Assembly: GCF_026571515.1 (NCBI RefSeq)
Contig: NW_026866843.1
Span: 1 to 64,000 of the forward strand
Length of the DNA: 64,000 nt
Direction: 5' to 3'
Origin: Ruditapes philippinarum
Taxonomy: Eukaryota
The position numbers and the translations under genes were made by a program. Shown here one piece after another: positions 49,785 to 61,269 of this stretch. Numbering within the stretch: the first letter of the stretch is position 1; each line of letters starts with the position of its first letter. The notes beneath the pieces are model-generated. The model had not been told where the DNA came from and did not search any database. It was given only the letters and a program-made list of their open reading frames with translations.

Positions 49785-50603
49785 ATGAGACCAGTCACTA
49801 GAGGGCAGAAAATCGAAGGGGTGTCACAGCAATCAGATGTAGAGAGTGAGTTTGAAGATGAGGGAGGAAAAGATGATAATAGCAGCCTGAGGGGAGCAGT
49901 GAAGTCTAGACGTGGAGAAACCTCTCCTTCTGATTCAACTGACTTTAGCAGAAATGAGGCGCAACGTACAGATGGTGGTATGATACCCGATGATCAGGGC
50001 TCCCAGGCAGACGAAAGTGAGCACAGGGCTGAGACAGACTTCAGTGACCATGAGGAGGAAGCAGATGACAGTGACCAGCATCTAGACAATGACAGTGAAA
50101 GCGAAGTAATATTTTCAACAAGACCAAAAGGTGCAGAGACACAGAACCTTGTTAGTGACGGGGACGATGAGCCCCTTAAGAAAATTAGCTGTATGTTGCA
50201 ACGCCAAGCTGAACAACAGGAAAATATTTTAAACTCGTTCTTGTCTAATATGACCGATGTTCTTGAGAAATTTCAGGCTAGACGTGCAAATAACAGTGAA
50301 CACCCTGAAGGGATATATACGGAAGAGATTTCATTGGGTAGGGCTGAACAGACGAACTCCAGAACAGACATCCCGATGGGTAGACCCGACACAGATGTGA
50401 GGCACCCAACTCACAAACAGAGATCATGGCATAAAAGAGATTCGACACCAGGACGCAAAGCTGGTAACTTAAATGGCAGCACGGAAGACAATTACGAAAT
50501 TCAAAGAGACCACCGACTTTCATATGGAGCAAGCAGGTCAGAAACTGACAGAGAAGGCGACATGGAGACCAATGGCGCTAAGAAGGAAAGCTGGACTATG
50601 TGA
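49785..50603 (+). CDS. gag: Gag-position ORF (acidic, low complexity; no recognisable capsid or CCHC knuckle)
   Basis: First ATG after the PBS; 272 aa; overlaps pol in another frame. Confidence 0.6.
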   Translation: MRPVTRGQKIEGVSQQSDVESEFEDEGGKDDNSSLRGAVKSRRGETSPSDSTDFSRNEAQRTDGGMIPDDQGSQADESEHRAETDFSDHEEEADDSDQHLDNDSESEVIFSTRPKGAETQNLVSDGDDEPLKKISCMLQRQAEQQENILNSFLSNMTDVLEKFQARRANNSEHPEGIYTEEISLGRAEQTNSRTDIPMGRPDTDVRHPTHKQRSWHKRDSTPGRKAGNLNGSTEDNYEIQRDHRLSYGASRSETDREGDMETNGAKKESWTM

Positions 50604-53600
50604 TGGTATTTATATAAGAGGCAGCATTCAAGGCATTCCAACTGTCCTCACAGCAGACACCGGAGCATCAAGACAAGTTCTGTCAATCAGATTCTTTAAT
50701 AAGATTGAAGATAAGAATAGGCCAACCTTAGAAAAGTCAAATATGCTTAAGGGAGCAGGTGGAGCTCCATTAAATGAATCAGGGAAGGGGTTTTTTTCAT
50801 TACAGATGGGATCGCTGAGCTTACAGCAGGAGATGGTTGTCGCTGATATAGAAGATGATTGCCTTCTTGGAATAGATGTGCTTCAGAATGGTAACGGAGG
50901 GCCTGCAGATATGATGCTCAGCAAAGGATTTATAAAACTTCAAGGTCATGAGATCCCATGCACTCAGATAGGAATGTCTAGTCATGTTAGAAAGGTTACT
51001 GCGACGGATACAGTAGAAATACAAGGCTATAGTGAGACTTTAGTAGTCGTTACAATTGAACGAAATGATATTGATGATCTGGTAGAGGAATCACATTTTT
51101 TGATAGAACCTACAGAACACTTTATAGGCAACTATCCGTTGCGCATGGCAGCATCATTAGTTGACATTAACAAAAGTAACACCAGCAAAGTAAGACTGCT
51201 GAACCCGTATCCAACGCCAGTGTCTATCAGACAGGACGCCATACTTGGAGGTGCTGAACGAATAGGAGAATATGTCACGGTGCTGACTCAGCGTGAATCA
51301 GATCAAGAAGATTTTTCAGCTGTTAGAAGAATACAGATTCCAGCGCACAATGCGAAAATCACAGAACAAGATAGAAAGCAAGTACATTCCCCAACAAAAG
51401 TTCCTGGGCACCTGAACAAGCTGTATGAAGCCACGTGCAAAGATCTCAAAGCTAATGAAAGAGATAAAGTAGCTAATTTGTTAATTCGCCATCAAGAAGT
51501 TTTCTCTAAGAATGAGTGGGACATAGGCCTTACTAAATTAGCAGAACATAGCATCAACACCGGCAATGCACGTCCAATCAAGCAAAGACCAAGGAAAGTG
51601 CCATTAGCATTCGCAGATGAAGAAAAGGCAGCAATAGAAGACCTTAAAGCAAAGGGGGTAATAAGGGAGAGCACATCGCCATGGGCATCTCCGCTTGTGC
51701 TTGTTCGCAAGAAAAACGGGTCAGTTAGACCATGTGTCGACTACCGGAAGTTGAACGAACTGGTTAAACCAGACGGATTTCCAATGCCTCGTGTACAGGA
51801 CTGTCTGGACTCTGTGGCAGGATCGACACTATTCAGCACCTTTGACTTGACTAGCGGCTATTTTCAGATCCCGGTGAAAGAGGAAGATGTCCAAAAGACC
51901 GCATTTGTGTGCAAATTCGGACAATATGAAATGTCCAGGATGCCATTTGGCCTGAACAATGCGGCCAGTACGTTCCAGAGGACAATGGAAATAGCTTTGC
52001 AGGGATTACAATGGGAGACCTGCCTCATCTATATTGATGACGTCATAGTGTTTGGCACTGACATAGAGGATCACATTAATAAAGTAGACAAAGTACTACA
52101 GAGATTAGGCGAAGCGGGACTGAAATTGAAACCAGAGAAGTGCGAGATGCTACAGAAGGAGGTGACATTTTTGGGACACGTTGTATCAGGCGAGGGGGTA
52201 CGGCCTAATCCCATGAATATAGAAAAGATCTTAAACTGGCCGAGACCGAAGAATGCCCGTAATGTTAAGCAGTTTGTAGCTTTGGGAAGCTACTACAGAA
52301 AATTCGTAGAAAACTTTGCAAAGCGTGCCAGGCCTATGGTGGAACTTACTAAGAAGGGAAAGAAGTTTGAGTGGACAGGTGACTGCGAAAGATCATTCCA
52401 GGATATAAAATCAGCATTAGTGAGCCCAGATGTGATGGGGTATCCGTTGAATGATGGAGGAGAGTTTGTTTTAGATGTGGACGGCTCAGACGTGGGTATA
52501 GGCGGAGTCTTATCACAGATGCAGGGGGGACGTGAAAGAGTTATCGGGTATGCAAGCAGGGCATTGAACAATGCCGAAAGGAATTATTGTATTACAGAGA
52601 AAGAACTGCTGGCAATACGGTACTTTGTAGAGTACTACCGCCAGTATCTCTTGGGCCGCAGGTTCCGGGTCCGAACAGACCACAGGGCGCTGGTTTACCT
52701 TTTTAAATTGAAGGAACCACGTGGAAAAACAGCAAGGTGGTTAGAAATACTGACTCAGTATGATTTCTGGATTGAATACCGACCAGGGCACAAACAAGGC
52801 CATTGTGATGCACTCTCGAGATGTGAAACTCCAAAGGACTGCCAATGTGCAGATGTCGACATGATGGAACTGCTGAAATGTGGGCCATGTAAGAAGTGCC
52901 AAAAGAGGGCGGAAAGCATGATATTGGATGGGTCATATGCGGGAATAGTGATGACACAGCCTGATCTTGCGTCAAGTGGTGAGAAGGAAATCACTGAAGA
53001 AACAAAAGCAGTGCGCAGTGCAAGGCAAGACGGTAAGGACATATTAGTGACACCCACGACTGACAGAGAAAAGCTGCCTGAACAATGCATACAGGGAATT
53101 TTGTCAGGCTATACCGTGGCGGAAATTAAGAAGAGTCAGGAGGACGATCCAGATGTCAAGGTGGTGCTAGAGGCAAAGTCCGAGGGAAAAAGGCCATCAG
53201 ACCGAGACATCGCTGCAATGAGTCCAGCAAGCAGGCATTATTTCTTGTTGTGGGATGCATTAGAGGTCACTGACGGAGTGTTGATAAAAATCTTCAAGAA
53301 GCAAGATGGTACAGGACAGCACTACCAGATAATAGTACCACAAAAATTAAGGAAGCATGTGCTCTTCCAAATGCATGATGCACCGATGGCCGGTCACATG
53401 GGAGTCAAAAAGACTAAAGAAAAGCTGGCCCAAAGGTATTTCTGGTACCAAATGAAGGCAGACATTTCAATATATATCAAAAGATGCGACATATGTGCTG
53501 CAGACAAGAAGCCCATGAAGACTCCAAGAGGTCCACTTGGAACCATTAGGACTGGAGCACCTTGGGACGTTTTGGCAATGGACTACATAGGACCACTCCC

Positions 53601-54460
53601 ATGCACACCTCGAGGGAACCGCTATGCCTTGGTACTTACCGACCTGTTCTCGAAGTACGTCGAAGTGGTAGCTTTGCCAGATCAAACAGCTGAGGCATGC
53701 GCTAGGTACGTTGTGTCCGAGTTCATACCCAGGTGGGGATGTCCAATCACCATTCATACTGATCAGGGGAGGAATTTCGAGGGCAAGGTTTTTCAGGAGA
53801 TGTGTCGAATGCTGGAGGTAAAGAAGACCAGAACGACTGCAAGAAATCCCAAGTGTAACGGACAAGTCGAAAGATGGAACCGTTCCCTTATCAAAATGCT
53901 CAAAGCTTATATAAGTGACCAAACTGAATGGGACCTGCATTTAGGATGCATTGCTGGAGCGTATAGGGCTACGCCCCATGAGGCAACCAAGATGACCCCC
54001 AATTTGTTAGCATTAGGCCATGAGGTAAGGCTACCATCTGAATTGGTCTTCAGCAGCAAAATACAAGGTGACATCGAGTCCATAACATCATATGGAGCTT
54101 ATGTTGACAAGCTGAGGGAAAACTTACAACAGGCACATGCATTGGCACAGAGGAACCTTAGAAGCCGCTGAGCGAAGCAAGGAGATTTACGATGCAAGGG
54201 CCATGATCAACAAGTATAAGGAAGGCGACTTGGTTTGGATTCTACACGAGTCAAGGAGAGCAGGGTCAGCGCCAAAGTTGGAAAGGAACTACAAGGGACC
54301 TTTTATAGTGACCTCATGCCTATCAGACGTCACATTTTTGATCCAGATGGACCAGAATGGCTACAAGAGGGTAGTAAATCATGACAAGCTGAAGCCATAT
54401 GAGGGAGAAAAACCCCCAAATTGGACAGTAAAACTACAGAAGAAACTTAAAAAGGATTAA
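50473..54460 (+). CDS. pol: Pol polyprotein (protease, RT, RNase H, integrase) with one frameshift near 54160
   Basis: ADTGA, WASPLVLV, CVDYRKLN, MPFGL, YIDD, DGSDVGIG, EKEL, TDH, HHCC, D,D(35)E; GPF tail in ORF 54137-54460. Confidence 0.95.
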
Positions 54461-54857
54461 TCTGAAGCATTTACATATATACATACAATACGTGTACAGA
54501 TTTAATGTATAATAAAGATATTTGTACTTTTGTTGTGTTTTTATGTCTTTTGTATTAAACTAGGCGTTACACTAGGTCTCAGCAGTTGTAAGGGAGTGCC
54601 AACAGATGGTGAAAACAGATCTAGGATAAAGTGCTTGGTACAGTATTGGACCAGTGAAGACTTTCGCTCAGTCGCCGGCTACCTGTGGTATTTTTATATT
54701 TCAAGTCGTAGTAATGCGATATCGTGATAATTTTGAATCAGCTATGGAACCGCGTAAGTTTTGTCGTCCATGGGGCAATTCGATAGTGTGACCGACAATG
54801 CTGAAGAAGCTATTCCAGCATATAGTTAACCCGCGTATGGTCTTTATTTATTTTCAG

Positions 54858-55085
54858 ATGGCAGATCGTATGGTTCTGGCAGCTAAGAAGAGAGGACGGG
54901 CCTACAGATGTCTTCATTGTACTAGGCTTGGGCGTCCTGACTGTATAGCAGAGAGAGGTCGCATTGAGTCTCACATCTATAAGCATCACGTGCAGTTGGA
55001 CCGTGTACCATATAGCTGCAGCCAGTGCATGTTCCATTGTACGAGTCAGGAACAGTTTGATCGCCATCATGGAGGTTTTTGGTAA
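54858..55085 (+). CDS. Extra ORF inside the Gypsy element: two C2H2-like zinc fingers
   Basis: ttttcag|ATG; YRCLHC...HIYKHH and YSCSQCMF...FDRHH. Confidence 0.7.
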   Translation: MADRMVLAAKKRGRAYRCLHCTRLGRPDCIAERGRIESHIYKHHVQLDRVPYSCSQCMFHCTSQEQFDRHHGGFW

Positions 55086-55830
55086 CAGTTTGGGGAAATG
55101 TAGGTGCAGAGGAGGTGCAGAGGAAGACTCAGGTGATGGAATGGCTAGAGAAGAAGTGCGGAGCAAGATTACAGGAGATGGTAACAAGGAGAGAGATAGG
55201 AGCAGAAGCAGGAGCAAGGATGAAGCAGTAGATGACAGGATAGGAGGCAGCGAGAGTCTGGATTCGAGAGGAGGGCAGGGCGACAGAACAGGTAGGAGCA
55301 GGAGCAGAGATCGGGATGAACGGATGAAAGAGAATGTCAAGGAGCATAGGGTGGAAAGAATCAACTGGAGGAGTAGAAGTAGGAGCGGTGAACGGATACG
55401 TAGAGAGAGAGAGGGAGTTACACAAGGTCAGCAGGGAGATTGTAGGAAGGGCGGAAGTGAAAAGAACTATAGGTGTAAAGAGGGGAACAGAGATACAAGA
55501 CGAAATGTGCAGCAACAGAGGCGTGACAGGAGTAGAAGTAACTGTAGAAGGGACAGGAGCAGGGAGAGGACTGGAGGTAGGCAGGAGAGAAGGCCGGAAC
55601 ATGAGAGGAGTAGTTATAGCAGTAATGGGAACAGGAGCAGAGAGAGAACTGTAGATAGACGGGAGGAAAGACGACATGATAGAAGCAGAGGCGATGTCAG
55701 GAGCGGAGAGAGAGATGAAGCTATTAGAGTACAGGACCGCGCACAGCAGGGTCGTGACAGGAGGAGCGAAAGCAGGGACGAGGGCACAAGGGAGAGATGG
55801 GACAGGACGAAGAACGAGAGAAGAGACTGA
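55069..55830 (+). CDS. Extra ORF inside the Gypsy element: RS/RD/RE-rich domain (probable continuation of the zinc-finger ORF after a frameshift or deletion)
   Basis: Repeated RDRSRSRS and RSRERT motifs; open for about 250 codons; the purine-rich tract ends at its stop codon. Confidence 0.6.
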   Translation: MEVFGNSLGKCRCRGGAEEDSGDGMAREEVRSKITGDGNKERDRSRSRSKDEAVDDRIGGSESLDSRGGQGDRTGRSRSRDRDERMKENVKEHRVERINWRSRSRSGERIRREREGVTQGQQGDCRKGGSEKNYRCKEGNRDTRRNVQQQRRDRSRSNCRRDRSRERTGGRQERRPEHERSSYSSNGNRSRERTVDRREERRHDRSRGDVRSGERDEAIRVQDRAQQGRDRRSESRDEGTRERWDRTKNERRD

Positions 55831-56113
55831 GATCATATATATATTTTTGTAATATAGCTGTTGATGTATTTGTCTGTATATATGCATATCTGATTTATTT
55901 TTTTTTATTTATTTTTTTTTGTTAATCGGGAATAACATTTTTGAACAGTAAAGTTTCTGCAATATTCATAATTCTAGGCATTTTCCAGTTCTGATATGAT
56001 ATTATTGAAAGTTATGTTAAATTGATTTGTTAACCTTGAATTGAATGTTCTTTAACCATGTTGTTATTGTATACTCCTGATAATTGTAGTGGCAGTTGGA
56101 ACTTTGCCACTTT

Positions 56114-56126
56114 AGGTGGGGGGTAA
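56114..56126 (+). promoter_or_regulatory. Polypurine tract
   Basis: aggtggggggtaa directly before the 3' LTR. Confidence 0.8.
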
Positions 56127-57487
56127 TGTAGTACCCGTACCCCACCCACTGTTTTTTCCATTACGTTGTATTTTTTCTGAGGTTTCATATTATTCATGTA
56201 TAATCAAAAGATAAATAAGGTATTGCATATCAAGTAGATGGTTACCTTTTATCTGTCTGAAGATTTAAAATAGTTAATACTTATTGTTCTGCTGCATATT
56301 TTCAGTAAATATTTTTTACCCTAGTCAATATTGTATTTACAGCGGCCATATTGTTCCGGTCTCGTTTTTTCTCATCTGACGTTATTTGTTCGTGAGCGCT
56401 ATTTTTAGCTCAAAAGTTATTCACCCACCAAATTTGAATTGATAAATTCATTTAAAGGTAATTATAGACATTCTTGTTAGCAACTTTATGATAAATTGTC
56501 CATTTAATTATTATTCATTTCTGTGTATTTACATGTATAAGATTTTGTATGCATTTGTTGCAACGTTACACAGTTGGAAGCCTGACATTGTTGGAGACCC
56601 TTTGGTGCCTCTTCCAACAATGTTGGAACGTCCAACAGCGTTCGTTGGGATGTTGGACTGTTGGAAATTGTAGGGGCTATATATAGGCGTGGTCGGCCAT
56701 TTTGGGGCACTTCCACATTTTCAACTTTTAAGAGCGCCATATTCTTCAGTATCTTTGATTTGTTTTAAGGTTTAATTAAAATCTGGAATCGTATTACTTC
56801 GGAAACTCAAGTAAAGGTAGATAGCTTGTTTTTTAATGCATATGGTGCTCATTTATTAATTTTAAAGATTAGTTTTGAGTTTTGTAGGCACTTGATATAG
56901 TACTTAGATAGATTTTTTTTTTTAATTACTTCAGTTCAGAATTTTCTAAAAATGTTTATAGATTTAAATACTTAAGCCTGTTGTAGATTCTATATTATAA
57001 GTTTCTGCTTAATAAATATGTGTTGGTCACACATAGCCCCCGCGCGGAATTTGTAAACGTGTATTTCTTTTGACTTCGGGTTTTTCTTAATTTATTGTTA
57101 ACGAGTTGCCATAACTGAATGTGTTACTAGTATTTCTTTATGATCTTCTTCAGAATATTTGCTTCAATATTGTTAAGGCATCTTTAAAATAAATTTTAAA
57201 ATTGTCAGAGCATCTTATTTTTTTGTCCAGTCATAATTAATATTTCAATCTTTAGTTTGTGGAAGTCACACCCCTCCCCCCCCTTTTATCCTGAGAATGC
57301 TGTAGACCGGGAAGGCATTACAGCTGCGCACTGGCAAGCTAGCAAACGTGCATATATATTTTCAAACGTCATCGCCGTCTGTTAGCTAACCAAGTAGCCC
57401 CCACCTTCTACATCTGAACAGCAAGCAAAGCAAGATACCTCACAGCGCTACCAAGTGGCCCAGACTAGAGTACTCAGGCTCGTAACA
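56127..57487 (+). repeat. 3' LTR (1361 bp)
   Basis: Direct repeat of 48356-49710. Confidence 0.95.
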
Positions 57488-57660
57488 ATATTTAGTAATG
57501 CTCTGGTAGATTGTCTAGCTAGCTTAGCATTCCAGTAGAGCATTTTTCATTATATTTAGGAATGCCTTGCTAGATGCCTAGCCAGCTTAGCATTCCAGCA
57601 GAGCATTTTACACTATATTTAGTAATGCCTTACTATATTGCCTAGCCAAATTAGCATTCC
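57488..57660. repeat. 65-bp tandem repeat, right part
   Basis: Resumes in register after the LTR. Confidence 0.85.
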
Positions 57661-58792
57661 ATAATGTTCCACATGTTGTGTGTGTACACGGACGTACTTA
57701 CGAAATGTGACTTTTCCTTTGATCTTTTTAGCCATTTTTAGACACACAAGTAAGAATAGGAATGATTAGGATCAAAGAGAATTTATTGTTACCCATTGTT
57801 CTCCAAGTCACACAAGTACCTCTGGGTTTGTACGTCGTGACCTTTCATGGTAATCACGTGTAAAGGATTGCTTATTGGCTGTGTTACAGTATATGAATAG
57901 CGTATGATAATGATTTTCTAGACTAAGTGATAAAAAAACTAATTGATAAGGTGATAAAATTGTTAGTACTTTAATACTTTATAAGACGTAATGCTCACAG
58001 TCATTGCTGTACAGCAGACATCATGGTCATACAATAGTTGCACGGTTTTAATTAAATTGTTGTAAAAATGTTTACAGTTGACATTACCGGAAAATAGGCA
58101 TTCACAGTTAATCTTCCATGATGATGATGGAGATGATGATGATGGGATACAGATTTTTAATAAATGTTTCGACATACAAGTTATTGAATATTTATAAATA
58201 TTGTAATATTGAATTTATCCCACGGATTCGTGTTTTCTGGGACGATAAATTTTAAGCTTTTAAAATGCTATATCGAATATTAAATCAAATAAAATTCAGA
58301 ATGCTGTACAATGACAAATAATTATACATTAGAAATGTTAGATTTTTTTTAAATAAAATTGTATTCTATTTCAATTCAAAGTTAAATAAGCCTTGAAAAT
58401 AGTTTATAATAACTCCAGATCCAAAACGTTATATTTTGCAAAAGTTATTTTTTTTTTTTCATTTTCATTGTGAGTATGTCTTTTTATGCTTCGTGCTTTT
58501 TTCCTTCATAAAATAATGTCCAATCACAAAAACGGCGCGTGCCAATCGATATTATATACTGTATGTGACTGGAATCTAAAATTGTAAAAACGACAAGTTC
58601 ATTCATATATTTTTAATCCATTTCACAAAGAGTTGTACCCAAGATATAAAATAAAATTTTACTGTAGTCTTCAAAACATATTTTATGTTACATTAACTTC
58701 CGGGTTTGATTTTTAATTTCTCTAAAACAATCAACTATCGGCATAATTTTTATAGATCTAGTATACTTAAAATAATTATTAATATAAATAGA

Positions 58793-58794
<2 letters not shown>

Positions 58795-58834
<40 letters not shown>
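58795..58834. repeat. (TA)n microsatellite
   Basis: Direct reading. Confidence 0.95.
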
Positions 58835-58836
<2 letters not shown>

Positions 58837-60148
58837 AACGACTAGATCTATTATTGGAAGCATGCCAACTCTCCATGTGGTACCACGTGTGTGTAAAATG
58901 CCGGTATATTAACTTAGATACACGTAATGAGATATTCATACAAAAATATAGATTAAACCAAAGTGGTAATTCTAATATCTTAAACAAACACCAGCTAGTG
59001 TCGTAAATCAGCACCCGAAGATCGATAACTGAACATCAATAATTAATGCCGCCATTTCTTTGTGCAAATATTGCGTCATACGCTTGATATTCATTATCCA
59101 ATGGGATTTGCATATTGCCGGTCGCGCGAAAAAGGTACACGAGTGAAGAAACCGCTCCTAAAGTCGTAGCAATAATTATTGTATGGCACATGGGGCGGGA
59201 TGCTGGCCGCGATCTTACAACCACGCCGTAATGTTTTACCATCTTCAAACTTTCTCATCAACCATCACTCGTCGCTACTTGAAAAATAATCATCTAGATT
59301 TGCAATTATTAATAGACAACACATAGATCTGTCTGAACAACTTATATTGGAAGCATGCCCATGCACTCTCCACGTGGGTCTCTCCACGTGGGTAGCTAGT
59401 GTGTATTAATAAGGAGAGTTGGAAACCTGCATATTTTACCTGTATCTATATTTAGATAGTTCATTTAAAATGTAGTTTTTATTGTCAAACCATGTGTACC
59501 TTTCTATTTTAATATGTTTGAAGTTTCAATTTATAACTATGTACCAGGACTTATTTGTAACCAGGAACATAACATTGAGATCTACATGACTTTCATGTAA
59601 GTGTCCTTGTTATAGGATCATCTGTCTATTGTGATTGTTTCCTTGTCATTTATTTATCATATCATCATAAGGATTTCTGTGTTTGTACTCTTAAATGTCA
59701 TTATATCAACCCCAGACTTCAATGTCTATGTAACTAATTCTGAGGACCAACTATAGAAATATAAAAATACTCTTTTTAATTCTACAGCTTAAGTTTTCAC
59801 ATAATTTTCAAATAATTTAACATACCATTTGATGAAAATGTAATTCATAATGAGGGCAAGTCGTTGTTTCTGTGAGCAAGAAACTACATTTCCAATTTTT
59901 TTAAGTATTGATTGGTTCCAGTGACGGATTTGTCCTACACTCAATGACATTCCATCTATGCGAATTGATATAAGCTTGTCCATCGGTGAATTAATATAAA
60001 TTTGGCTATCTACTAGTTGTAAAATATATATCTTGGTTAATATATCGGATACTTAACTAGCTCGTCATAGAACACTTATTCATAGTCTTAAACCGTATTC
60101 ACAATATAGTGGTGCTGTAGAAGTCGCTATGATTTTCACTATTCTTTT

Positions 60149-60430
60149 TTTTTGATGCGTTTAAGGTCGCCGCCGGAAAGCCCATATGGGTGACCGTACA
60201 CTCAAGTCGGGTCATCCTAAAGCGTCCCGCCGAGATTTTCGTCGATTTTTTCCAGCTTTATTGGTGGAGGAATACCCCAGGTGCCCCTCCGGGCATTATT
60301 TCAGGCACGAGCGGGCACCTGGGTAGAACCACCGACCTTCCGTAAGCCAGCTGGATGGCTTCCTCACATGAAAGATTTCGACCCGAGTGAGGATCGAACC
60401 TTCAGTGGTGAGGGACCTGTGATCTCAAGT
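60149..60430 (-). mobile_element. tRNA-derived SINE with the same central domain as 20132-20429 but a different 3' tail
   Basis: B box GGTTCGATCC; catgtgaggaagccatccagctggcttacggaagg... domain; poly(A); possible TSD actattctttt (60138 and 60498). Confidence 0.8.
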
Positions 60431-61269
60431 TTTCTCTTTGATAATTGGCACAGAAACGACTAGACGTAATCCGATTGAGATGCGACTGAAATGTTTTACT
60501 ATTCTTTTATACCGTTAAAAAATCTCAAGTCCGTATATTAAAATCGTTCGTTCGTAACGGTGATCAAAGCTTTGTATTCCATTGCATTGTGTGCGTCATT
60601 GGTAGGTTCCCTGTAGACCACTATGAACACATGTGCTTTAATTACATTTATTACACGTTTACATCGTATCTGACAGGTTGTCATTCTAAACGACTTAAGT
60701 GATAAAAGCTTTGTATAAACTGTCTGTTAAGCTTCCAGTACTGTACATGTGTAACTCTGTTTTTTTTTTCACAATGTAAAAACTGTATTGTTTTAACTTC
60801 TTTTATATTTACACCACATGTAACGTTTTAAATGCTGAATTGTGTCGTTATTGTATATATTTTACTATGCTCAATCGTATTTGATCGGTGTTAAACTGAT
60901 GATATATGTCGTTTAAACAATTCTTCTTTTTGTTATTCGTCTCCCTATTTAGACAGGATATTTACAGCATGTGCACATACATATTAATATGAATTTAAAA
61001 GGAAATTATTAGCGCCATTACATGCATCGATAAAACTTTTGTTTGTGTAATTAAAAATGAAAGTAGCAGCGAAATATTAACTTATATAACTGTTTTTAAA
61101 ATACGCAGCATATTTTCTAGATACCTATTCAGAATTCCGCTGAATATATCAACATTTCATTTAATTCGTTTTTTTTTACTCTTCAGCTCATTTAATCGTT
61201 AATACATGAAAAATTAGCGTTATCTATATTGACTTAACCTGTATATGTTCACCCTATATGTTCGCTCTG

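Larger units (their letters stand above)
48356..57487 (+). mobile_element. Full-length Ty3/Gypsy LTR retrotransposon
   Basis: TG...CA LTRs, 4-bp TSD ATAT (48352-48355 and 57488-57491), PBS, PPT, domain order PR-RT-RH-IN. Confidence 0.97.

Noticed and set aside
54810-55887. Long antisense ORFs (184 aa and 252 aa) in the Gypsy 3' region
   Set aside because: Shadows of the purine-rich RS-coding strand; Leu/Ser/Pro low complexity with no motif.
58688-59248. Selenocysteine read-through of the in-frame TGA
   Set aside because: No redox motif, no visible SECIS, and the downstream frame runs through a (TA)n microsatellite.
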